NCBI GenBank assembly: GCA_038204785.1 | Contig: JBBRCP010000001.1 | Location: forward strand, 1,403 to 65,402 | DNA length: 64,000 bases | Direction of reading: 5' to 3' | From: Erysipelotrichales bacterium | Lineage (GTDB): Bacteria > Bacillota_I > Bacilli_A > Erysipelotrichales > Erysipelotrichaceae | Shown here: one piece after another, positions 28,192-35,891 of the stretch | Layout: every line of letters starts with the position of its first letter | Numbering within the stretch: the stretch's first letter is position 1 | Translations under genes and position numbers: made by a program | The notes under the pieces: generated by a model | Told to the model about the DNA's origin: nothing | The model's database searches: none | What the model saw: the letters and a program-made list of their open reading frames with translations, nothing else

Positions 28192-29580
28192 TTATGGTGT
28201 TGCTGTAGTTCCAGCAGTGGCTGCCATAAGATTTTCTATTAATTCTTTGGCCGTCGCTAATGTCTTCGTTGATAGTTTTGTTACATATAAAGGTATCGTC
28301 CCCATGCTAAATGTTGGTTGGTAGTCACCTGCTCCATCCATAGCAAAACTAGTAATTGACCAAGGCTTGTTATTTTGAATTTGTTTCCTGACTAAACTCA
28401 ATATTTCACTTCCGGTCATATTTGTGTCAACTCTGTTTTGGGCAACTTTTACAAGATCTTCAATTTTAGTCAAAGTTTTAGGCTCAAGCATTCTCGAAAC
28501 AACAGCCCTAATCAACTCTTGCTGATTTTTACCTCGCTGAATATCACCATCCGGGAACGAATGACGTTCACGTGCATACTGAAGGGCTGACTCATAGTCA
28601 AGCGTTATAAGCCCCTTTGGATAATGCCATTTCCAACTTGTAAAGTCTATTGGATTATTCACTTGGACAGAGCCCAACGTGTAGATAATATCTTTGACTG
28701 AAGAAAAATTGAACCTTGCATAATAGTTGATTTTAATTCCTAATAACTTTTCGATTGTTGATACTGAGCAACCAATACCATAAATTCCAGCATGTGTCAG
28801 TTTATCAAGCGGTGCTCCTTTAAAACACCCTAAACCTACATAGGCATCCCGAGGGATACTAATAGTTTGTATGGAGTTTATTTTAGGATTAACAACCATG
28901 ATGATATTGACATCCGATCTTGAAACTGTTGAAATCGGTCCTTCAATGTCGATACCTGATAAAAATACAATAAAGGGTTCAGTTGTTACTTTGACTGCAT
29001 TACTCGCACTATTGGCTGAAACCGTATTTTCGAGGCTCCAAATAACTTTTGTATTGTTTATAAATTCTGGATCTAAATCTGCGATTGATGAAAGATAAGC
29101 TTGGTCAATCACCAAAACATCGATTTTCCCATCATATAGTTCTTGAATACCATCTTGTATACCTTGAAATAATGATAGTTTCTTTGTATACCCTTTTTCT
29201 TCTAATTTCGTTTGAATCAATGCTGTGGTTTCTGTTTCAGCAATAGTACTAGTCGCAATCGTTTTATCGATTGCTTTTTTTATCGTCGTTATCTTCGAAT
29301 CTTTGAGAACAAAGAACGAAATAGAGTTTACTTGATTTGGATTATAGTTGATAAGACGTGCTGCCACATTTTCAGCGTACATCAACCCTGCAGATGTCAA
29401 TAAAATAAGTAAAACAATAACCACTTGAAGAACTTTTCGGTTCCAGCAGATCAACAATAAAATCACCAAAACAACTCCGATTCCAATCAAATACGTGATC
29501 GGTAAGAAGTTGTTGGTAATGAGCGCTAATGCGAGTAATGCCAGCGCTGCAATTTTCATAATCAGTCGAATAATTTTCAT
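28192..29580 (-). CDS. LytR-CpsA-Psr (LCP) family glycopolymer-to-peptidoglycan ligase with an extra N-proximal extracellular domain
   Basis: 462 aa. It has N-terminal TM helices and an LCP core (RSDVNIIMVVNP, SIPRDAYV, LTHAGIYG, ARERHSFPDGDIQRGKNQQ). An additional domain of about 130 aa lies between the TM region and the LCP core. Confidence 0.8.
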   Translation of the reverse strand: MKIIRLIMKIAALALLALALITNNFLPITYLIGIGVVLVILLLICWNRKVLQVVIVLLILLTSAGLMYAENVAARLINYNPNQVNSISFFVLKDSKITTIKKAIDKTIATSTIAETETTALIQTKLEEKGYTKKLSLFQGIQDGIQELYDGKIDVLVIDQAYLSSIADLDPEFINNTKVIWSLENTVSANSASNAVKVTTEPFIVFLSGIDIEGPISTVSRSDVNIIMVVNPKINSIQTISIPRDAYVGLGCFKGAPLDKLTHAGIYGIGCSVSTIEKLLGIKINYYARFNFSSVKDIIYTLGSVQVNNPIDFTSWKWHYPKGLITLDYESALQYARERHSFPDGDIQRGKNQQELIRAVVSRMLEPKTLTKIEDLVKVAQNRVDTNMTGSEILSLVRKQIQNNKPWSITSFAMDGAGDYQPTFSMGTIPLYVTKLSTKTLATAKELIENLMAATAGTTATP

Positions 29581-29639
29581 AGATACCTCACTGTATAGTT
29601 TGTTTGTTTCATTCGTTTGCTGAAAACTTCAGCGGTTTT

Positions 29640-29648
29640 ATTATACCA
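29640..29648 (-). promoter_or_regulatory. Extended -10 element (TGgTATAAT) upstream of the LCP gene; the -35 is poor
   Basis: The minus strand reads GGTGGTATAAT, about 60 nt upstream of the LCP ATG. Confidence 0.3.
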
Positions 29649-29725
29649 CCGAACGTCCAGCGTTTTTTAAAAAATAATTCTCTTCACATAATATCACACT
29701 TCATAAAGCGCTTTCATGAAAGTTT

Positions 29726-30655
29726 CTACACTTTTTGGGAGGCTTCCATGATTTTCGTAAGCCGATGTTTCATTCCCGACTTGCTCATCACGGCTCCTGT
29801 ACGAAGTTCGTATTCGTTACACAATTCATTGAGACTGGCTTCCGGAAACTCCATACGTAGGTAAGCCACATCTTTTAGTTTGTCTTCCAAATTATCAAGA
29901 ACGCCGGCTTTTTGAAGGATTTCGATATATTCCAGCTGTTTCTTACCGGCTTGCAGAGTCTTCATTTCATTCGCTACTTCACAATTATCCAAGCGTGTCA
30001 GACTGTTATGAAAATCACGTTGGATACGGATATCCTCGAAATCCAACACCGAATTATTCGCTCCGGATAAACGTAAGAAATCTGAGATCTTATCCGATGC
30101 TTTCAGATAAACAACATGTTGTTTACGGCGTTCGATATGTTTGGCAGGTAAATCAAAACGAAACATCAATTTCTGAATAAAGAGTGCATGACTATATTCC
30201 TGAGTTACGATTTCCAAGTGATAATTGGATTTATGCGGTGAGTTTACACTGCCGGTCGCCATAAAAGCACCCGAGAGATATGCACGGGCACAACATTCTT
30301 TTCCAACCATCTTACGTAACGGATGATCTTGTAGTCCTTGATCTGTAAGCAGCCCCAAATCATTGAGGATCTCTTTACTCAAGGTAACGACTTTGATCGC
30401 ATAGATGTTGTTTTTCTTTAAGTTCATTTTACGTAACACCGATAATTCCATCTGGCATTTATAAAGTTCTTTTAGTAAAATCCAGATTCGTTTCGCTGTT
30501 GTCGCATTCTCGGTTTTGATTTGGATCTGCATCCCTTGCGAAGAAAGCACCATCGATGAACATAATTGGATCAGCGCCGCACACTGCGCTTTTTGACAAC
30601 ACGCATTCAGTGTCGTCGTTGCGATTTCCGATTTAACATCCGTCGTGAACGACAT
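29726..30655 (-). CDS. whiA: DNA-binding sporulation/cell-division regulator WhiA
   Basis: 309 aa in the conserved rapZ-yvcK-whiA order. It has a C-terminal HTH segment and shares a 1-nt TGATG overlap with yvcK. Confidence 0.9.
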   Translation of the reverse strand: MSFTTDVKSEIATTTLNACCQKAQCAALIQLCSSMVLSSQGMQIQIKTENATTAKRIWILLKELYKCQMELSVLRKMNLKKNNIYAIKVVTLSKEILNDLGLLTDQGLQDHPLRKMVGKECCARAYLSGAFMATGSVNSPHKSNYHLEIVTQEYSHALFIQKLMFRFDLPAKHIERRKQHVVYLKASDKISDFLRLSGANNSVLDFEDIRIQRDFHNSLTRLDNCEVANEMKTLQAGKKQLEYIEILQKAGVLDNLEDKLKDVAYLRMEFPEASLNELCNEYELRTGAVMSKSGMKHRLTKIMEASQKV

Positions 30656-31629
30656 CAGTTTTCCTCCAATTGGGCCAAGATATCTTCCATGACCGCTTGG
30701 ATTCTGATTGAATCATGACGAATCAGTCCATTTCCGAATTCAAGCAATTGAGTACTGATAACGATATATTCATGAAAGTCATTCTGTATCGTTACCGGTA
30801 CACTTTCAAGTTGAACGTAACGGTCAAGTATTTCTTGTGGTAATCGATCTTCTGCGTAAACAGCCAGATCGATCTTATCATAAACATGATCTTCAATGGC
30901 TTGAATATGATCTTCCATTGAAAATCCATCGGTTTCCCCCGGTTGCGTCATTGCGTTACAGAAATAGATCTTAAACGCACGGCTGGTCTGAAGTTCATTT
31001 CGAATCTCATCGATGATGATATTCGGAAGAATACTTGTATAGATACTACCGATGCCATAGATGATGATATCGGCTGCCCGGATCGCTTCGATCGCTTGCA
31101 CAGTCGCGTGGACTTCTTCTTGGTAGAAAACACGCTTGATGCGATTACGGACTTTCGGAATATTAGATTCCCCACGTACGATCGTTCCGTCTTCCATCTC
31201 CGCAAACAGTGTGATGATTTGAGTCGTTGAAGGGACAATATCGCCCTTAACGTTTAATACTTTCGAGATCGTACCGATGGCTTCCATGAAATTACCGCAA
31301 CTTTGCGTTAGTGCCGTCAAAATCAAATTCCCTAGATTATGACCGGTGAGTTCGTCATCTTCGGCGGCGACACCTTCTTCTTTTTCAAATCGATAACTCA
31401 TCAGTGTCGACAATAGACTTTCACTTTCAGCCATTGCGATCATGACGTTGCGGATATCCCCCATCGCCGGAATATGAAAAGAGCGGCGCAGTCGGCCTGT
31501 ACTACCACCATCATCGGCGACCGTTACGATGGCCGTCAAATTGATATTAGCGCAATTCTTGATACCCCGTAAAATCGTTGCTTGCCCGGTTCCGCCGCCC
31601 AAAACAACAACGTTAAAATTTCTGCTCAT
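30655..31629 (-). CDS. yvcK: YvcK/GlmR-family (CofD-like) gluconeogenesis / cell-shape factor
   Basis: It has VVLGGGTGQATILRG near the N-terminus. The start is set at the ATG at 31629, 8 nt after the rapZ stop; the ORF-track extension overlaps rapZ. Confidence 0.88.
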   Translation of the reverse strand: MSRNFNVVVLGGGTGQATILRGIKNCANINLTAIVTVADDGGSTGRLRRSFHIPAMGDIRNVMIAMAESESLLSTLMSYRFEKEEGVAAEDDELTGHNLGNLILTALTQSCGNFMEAIGTISKVLNVKGDIVPSTTQIITLFAEMEDGTIVRGESNIPKVRNRIKRVFYQEEVHATVQAIEAIRAADIIIYGIGSIYTSILPNIIIDEIRNELQTSRAFKIYFCNAMTQPGETDGFSMEDHIQAIEDHVYDKIDLAVYAEDRLPQEILDRYVQLESVPVTIQNDFHEYIVISTQLLEFGNGLIRHDSIRIQAVMEDILAQLEEN

Positions 31630-31636
31630 CCCTGTT

Positions 31637-32488
31637 CTACCCCCTGGTATCCCGGTGTTGTTTGAAACAATGATAACGTGGCTTATAGTTGTCATATAAC
31701 CAATTGGTGATGGCTACCGAACGGTGTTGTCCACCGGTACATCCGATCCCGACCGTAAAATGATTCTTACCCTCTTTCATATATTCTTTGAAGGCATAAT
31801 CCAGAAAAGCAGTGAGTTTTTTGAGTAGTTTTTTGGTTTCTTTCCCTTCAATCACATAGTTATACACACTGGCATCATTACCTGAAAAAAGTCGTAATTC
31901 TTCGATCCAATACGGATTCGGAAGAAAACGAACATCGAATAAGAGATCCGCATCCATGGGTACTCCGTTTTTATAACCAAACGAGATAAAACTGATTGAA
32001 AAAGTCGGTTGACTCTTCAGTGAAAAATACTGTGTGATCTTTGATTTAAGTTCATTGTTTTTAAGAAAAGTGGTATCGATGGAAAGAAAAGCTGTATCTT
32101 TGATGGAGTTCAACATCTCTCGTTCGACATGGATCGCTTCATCCAAGGTCGTCGCTAAGTTACTCAGTAACATCGGATGCGATCTTCTGGTTTGTTTATA
32201 ACGGCTTAGTAGTTCTTCATTACTGGCCTCAAGGATCAACACTCTTACATCCATATCCAGTCCGTTAAACACTTTCTTGAATTCGAGAAAGTCACGAACA
32301 CTGGTCGCCAGTGCGATATGATCATAACGCGGATCTGAATCTTCCAGAATCATCGTAGTGAGATCATTGAGAAGTTTGACCGGAAATTGGTCAATACAGT
32401 GATAGCCCATATCTTCAAGGATGGCCATTGTGCTGGTTTTCCCTGCGCCCGACATACCGGTAATCAGAATGATGCGTTTCTTGTTCAT
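31637..32488 (-). CDS. rapZ: RapZ/YvcJ P-loop nucleotide-binding RNase-adapter protein
   Basis: 283 aa with Walker A GMSGAGKTS and C-terminal GCTGGQHRSV. Confidence 0.9.
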   Translation of the reverse strand: MNKKRIILITGMSGAGKTSTMAILEDMGYHCIDQFPVKLLNDLTTMILEDSDPRYDHIALATSVRDFLEFKKVFNGLDMDVRVLILEASNEELLSRYKQTRRSHPMLLSNLATTLDEAIHVEREMLNSIKDTAFLSIDTTFLKNNELKSKITQYFSLKSQPTFSISFISFGYKNGVPMDADLLFDVRFLPNPYWIEELRLFSGNDASVYNYVIEGKETKKLLKKLTAFLDYAFKEYMKEGKNHFTVGIGCTGGQHRSVAITNWLYDNYKPRYHCFKQHRDTRG

Positions 32489-32506
32489 GGTTTCACCTCT
32501 TTGATT

Positions 32507-32572
32507 ATTCTACCACGCTGCCGGGTGTTTCACAATGCGAATTGGACCCGATACAGTCGGCTATTCTACCAC
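32507..32572 (-). promoter_or_regulatory. Promoter region of rapZ-yvcK-whiA with a duplicated extended -10 (GTGGTAGAATA twice)
   Basis: Proximal promoter: -35 TTGTGA (32530-32535), 17-nt spacer, TGgTAGAAT (32507-32515). A second identical 11-nt copy of TATTCTACCAC (+ strand) lies at 32562-32572. Confidence 0.45.
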
Positions 32573-32593
32573 TAAAACTTGTTTATTTGCCCT

Positions 32594-33442
32594 TTATAGG
32601 GGACCTTTTTCAGTTAACTTGATTGATTCAGCAAACGAGATTTCAGCGTATTTAACTCTATTTTCAGTATCTTTCTGATAGTAAAGACTACCGAACACTT
32701 TTTCGATAACACTCCATTTTAGTAGACGAATCAGGGGGTTAAACCCTTTCGTAAGGGTCAACTTTTTCCCATGAGCCAGTGCAATCTGTTGAACCATAAC
32801 GCCGGTATTTACGTATTCGCTATTCTGCGGTAGAAAGAGACCGCTTCTTTTTTCGTTGATCAATACCCACACATACGAACAGAGGTTATCGATATAAAGC
32901 ATGCTGCGGCGATTTTCACTGTCCGGAAACAGCGGAGTTTTAAGTGCCAATTGCGCCAGTCGCGGATAGTTCCCCTTACATCCCGGTCCATAAATGATCG
33001 GTGGGCGAAGGATCGTGACACGGAAATTCTCGTCAGCCATTTGGTTAATAAAGTGCTCTGCCTGCATTTTTGACTTACCGTAATTCGTCGTCGGAATCAG
33101 CGGAGTTCGCTCATCGATCTTACCGAATTCTTTTCCGTAGACACTCATTGAACTTAGGAAGACAAATTGTTTCACACCTTCCCGCTTCGCTTTTTCAGCG
33201 AGCTGAACTGCAAGGTCGCGATTTACATGATAGTAGAGTTCCGCATTATCACGCGTTTCTTTGATATGAGCAATACCGGCCACATGGAAGATGGTATCGA
33301 TGCCCGTAAAAGAAGCTCTATTCCACTGGTCACCTTTAACTTCTAAGGTGGATATAGACACATCTTTTGTGTTGTTTTCGATCCAGTTCGAAAACGAAAT
33401 TCCAATATAACTATTCGCTCCTGTGATCAGGATATTTAGCAT
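32594..33442 (-). CDS. Short NAD-dependent SDR, CapN-like (putative UDP-4-keto-6-deoxy-GlcNAc 4-reductase)
   Basis: 282 aa with ILITGANSYIG, VKQFVFLSSMSVYG, YGKSK and ILRPPIIYGPGCKGNYPRL. By my recollection this pattern matches Cap5N/Cap8N-type reductases, but no alignment was run. Confidence 0.55.
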   Translation of the reverse strand: MLNILITGANSYIGISFSNWIENNTKDVSISTLEVKGDQWNRASFTGIDTIFHVAGIAHIKETRDNAELYYHVNRDLAVQLAEKAKREGVKQFVFLSSMSVYGKEFGKIDERTPLIPTTNYGKSKMQAEHFINQMADENFRVTILRPPIIYGPGCKGNYPRLAQLALKTPLFPDSENRRSMLYIDNLCSYVWVLINEKRSGLFLPQNSEYVNTGVMVQQIALAHGKKLTLTKGFNPLIRLLKWSVIEKVFGSLYYQKDTENRVKYAEISFAESIKLTEKGPL

Positions 33443-33474
33443 GGTAAGTCTCCTTTTGCGTTAATAACGAAGTT

Positions 33475-33504
33475 ATCATACCATTATTAAGAGTTGTAAA
33501 TCAA
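33475..33504 (-). promoter_or_regulatory. Promoter of the CapN-like gene
   Basis: On the minus strand: -35 TTGATT (33499-33504), an 18-nt spacer ending in TGg, and -10 TATGAT (33475-33480). Confidence 0.45.
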
Positions 33505-33510
33505 TTCAAC

Positions 33511-33532
33511 AAAAAATCCTGATTTCTCAGGA
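33511..33532 (-). terminator. Rho-independent terminator of trxB (the stem includes the last trxB codons)
   Basis: The minus strand reads TCCTGA-gaaa-TCAGGA followed by TTTTTT. Confidence 0.7.
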
Positions 33533-34450
33533 CTCTTTAATATAATGGAAGGCATTCTGGGCAGCGATCGCTCCGTCACTCACCGCAGTAACGATCTGAC
33601 GCAGTTGTTTGGCGTTATTATCACCGGCACCGTAGATGCCTTTGATGGCTGTTTCCATTTTCTCATTGGCGATGATATAACCGCCTTCATCTGTGATTCC
33701 CAAGCCATCCAGAAAGGCCGTAGAAGGTTTCGCACCGATATAGGGGAATATTCCGTCACACGCAAGATCGCTTATTTCAGCGGTATCGACATTCTTGACA
33801 CGCAGGCCGATCACTTTATTGTCTTTCGCCAGCACTTCGATTGGAATATGTTTTTTCAGGATCTTGATCTTGGGGTTTTCCATGACCATGTGTTGAGTGG
33901 ATTCAGCACCGCGAAATACATCACGTCGTATCATGATGGTCACCTGTTTTGCGAATTGCGTTAAATAGATGGATTCTTCAAGCGCAGAGTTTCCTCCGCC
34001 AACGACGATAACGTCTTTATTCTTATAGAAAGCCCCGTCACAAACGGCACAGAAACTGATACCACGTCCGATATTTTCTTCTTCATGCGGAATATGCATT
34101 TGCGTTTCAACGGTTCCGGTAGCGACGATCACGACGCGTGAAACGAATTCACGACCATCTTCTGTGAGTACTTTTTTATATTTACCTTCGTCAACCACTT
34201 TTGTTACATTGACGAATTCAGAGGCGACACCGAGGTTGGTGACTTGATCAAACATATTGACGGCCAAATCGACACCACTGATGGATTTTTCTCCGGGCCA
34301 ATTCGCGAGTTCAAATGTTTTTACCAGTTTACCACCGGGGGCACTGCCTTCGATGAGGAGTACCTTGAGTCCGGCTCGGCTTCCATATATGCCGGCAGTC
34401 ATACCGGCAGGACCGGCACCAATGATAATTATGTCGTAGTTTTCGTCCAT
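33527..34450 (-). CDS. trxB: Thioredoxin-disulfide reductase
   Basis: 307 aa with FAD motif GAGPAGMTAG, redox-active CAVCDG and NADPH motif GGGNSALEE. The SD is AAGGAGG. The start lies 22 nt inside the preceding ORF. Confidence 0.93.
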   Translation of the reverse strand: MDENYDIIIIGAGPAGMTAGIYGSRAGLKVLLIEGSAPGGKLVKTFELANWPGEKSISGVDLAVNMFDQVTNLGVASEFVNVTKVVDEGKYKKVLTEDGREFVSRVVIVATGTVETQMHIPHEEENIGRGISFCAVCDGAFYKNKDVIVVGGGNSALEESIYLTQFAKQVTIMIRRDVFRGAESTQHMVMENPKIKILKKHIPIEVLAKDNKVIGLRVKNVDTAEISDLACDGIFPYIGAKPSTAFLDGLGITDEGGYIIANEKMETAIKGIYGAGDNNAKQLRQIVTAVSDGAIAAQNAFHYIKES

Positions 34451-35883
34451 GAAATATCCTCCTTGAGCACATCCAGTAGTTCGTTAAGAGAGTTGATCGT
34501 CACATTCGGAGCTGATTTTACTAAGCTTTCTTTACGGTCTTGATTCAAGATCAACCCGACTGAATAGATGGCTGCGTTTTGGGCGGCCAGTATATCCGTA
34601 TCGCTGTCTCCGACGTAAATCACATCGTCATGGCCTCTTCCCAAAAGTTGACATGCTTTGAAGATCCCTTCCGGATCCGGTTTGTGTTTGGACACATCCC
34701 CATACCCAACAATGACCTTAAAATCATCCTGCATATCAAACAAGCTTAGTCCGAGTTGGACGGTTTCCGTGAGTTTACTGGAAACGATTCCGAGTGGATA
34801 TCCTTGTTTTTTTAGTTCGTCGATCAATTCTTTAGCGCCCTCGACCGGTACGACATGTGTTGCGTGCAGCTCGTTATTGATCTCGCGATAGCGTTGAATC
34901 AAAAGGTCCGGATCTTCTCCCGGAATCAATTTCGGCATCATCTCTTTGAGTGTTGGCCCCAGCACTGAGAGTTCATCTTGTTTGGTGAACTCGTAGTCGG
35001 TTCTTTTTTCACTGATCAGTTGTTTATACGTCGCTATGATGGCTTTCTCAGTATCCAATAATGTACCATCCAAGTCAAATAAGATGACTGGTTTTTTACC
35101 TTTGATTAGTTTGCGGAACAGACCCAATGTTCCGGCCATTCCGAGTAGAACGAAGACGACGGATGTGACTTGCGCCATGCGCAGTCCCATAAACATTAAG
35201 CTGTCAGTACGCAGACCTTCAACCCAAAACCGCGTAATTCCATACCACATCAGATAGGCATACGCCAGATCACCGCGTTTTGGTTTACTGAAACGTTTGA
35301 TAGCGATCACGATGAGGAAGAATCCCAACACATTGAGAACACTTTCATAGAGAAAGGTCGGAACCCGGTAAGCATTATCAATATACATGATACGCTTGAT
35401 AAACGCCGGAAAATACTTGTAATAACTTTCGTTGACAACTCCTCCGAAGGCTTCTTGATTCAGAAAGTTGCCCCAGCGTCCGACGGCTTGCGCAATCAGG
35501 ATATTAGGGACGATCGCATCCGCAAAACGAAAGAAATTCAACTTGTGGCGATGGCAGAACCAGGCCGCAAAGATCACACCGGCAACCAAGCCGCCCTGAA
35601 TTGCCAAACCGCCTTGCCAGGTCGCAAAGATTTGAAGCGGATTGGCGATAAAATACTTGAGGTCGAAAAACAACACATACCAGATTCGTGAACCGACAAC
35701 ACCGCTGAGTAGTGCGCCAAAGAAGAAATCATCTACCAGTTCACCGGGATAACCCATTTTTTTGATATTGCGTAAACTAAGCAGATAAGCCGCAAATGCA
35801 CCGGTAAGAATCAGGATCGCATACCACTTGATTGCGATCGGACCGAGTATGATAAACGTTGAAATGTCTGGAAATAATTTCAT
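34429..35883 (-). CDS. lgt: Fusion protein: prolipoprotein diacylglyceryl transferase (Lgt) plus a C-terminal HAD-superfamily phosphatase (PpaX/phosphoglycolate-phosphatase-like)
   Basis: Residues 1 to about 264 are a multi-TM Lgt (GALLSGVVGSRIWYV, RWGNFLNQEAFG). Residues from about 265 to 484 carry HAD motifs: I FDLDGTL, II VSSK, III KHKPDPEG and IV GDSDTD. It is a single uninterrupted ORF with SD AGGAGG. Confidence 0.85.
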   Translation of the reverse strand: MKLFPDISTFIILGPIAIKWYAILILTGAFAAYLLSLRNIKKMGYPGELVDDFFFGALLSGVVGSRIWYVLFFDLKYFIANPLQIFATWQGGLAIQGGLVAGVIFAAWFCHRHKLNFFRFADAIVPNILIAQAVGRWGNFLNQEAFGGVVNESYYKYFPAFIKRIMYIDNAYRVPTFLYESVLNVLGFFLIVIAIKRFSKPKRGDLAYAYLMWYGITRFWVEGLRTDSLMFMGLRMAQVTSVVFVLLGMAGTLGLFRKLIKGKKPVILFDLDGTLLDTEKAIIATYKQLISEKRTDYEFTKQDELSVLGPTLKEMMPKLIPGEDPDLLIQRYREINNELHATHVVPVEGAKELIDELKKQGYPLGIVSSKLTETVQLGLSLFDMQDDFKVIVGYGDVSKHKPDPEGIFKACQLLGRGHDDVIYVGDSDTDILAAQNAAIYSVGLILNQDRKESLVKSAPNVTINSLNELLDVLKEDISWTKTTT

Positions 35884-35891
35884 AGAACCTC

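Noticed and set aside
773-29580. Polysaccharide superlocus as a mobile genomic island
   Set aside because: No integrase, transposase, tRNA attachment site or flanking direct repeats are visible in the window. The AT-rich variable core is more simply explained by homologous replacement between conserved flanks.
33545-33964. 139-aa antisense ORF inside trxB, plus similar nested ORFs (for example 37697-38101 in uvrA, 40618-41043 in uvrB, 43760-44209 in the GH36 gene, 48135-48488 in ftsE, 14533-14889 in wzx)
   Set aside because: All lie entirely within strongly supported genes on the opposite strand or in another frame. They lack SD sequences and have biased composition (Arg/Ser/Pro-rich). They are shadow ORFs.
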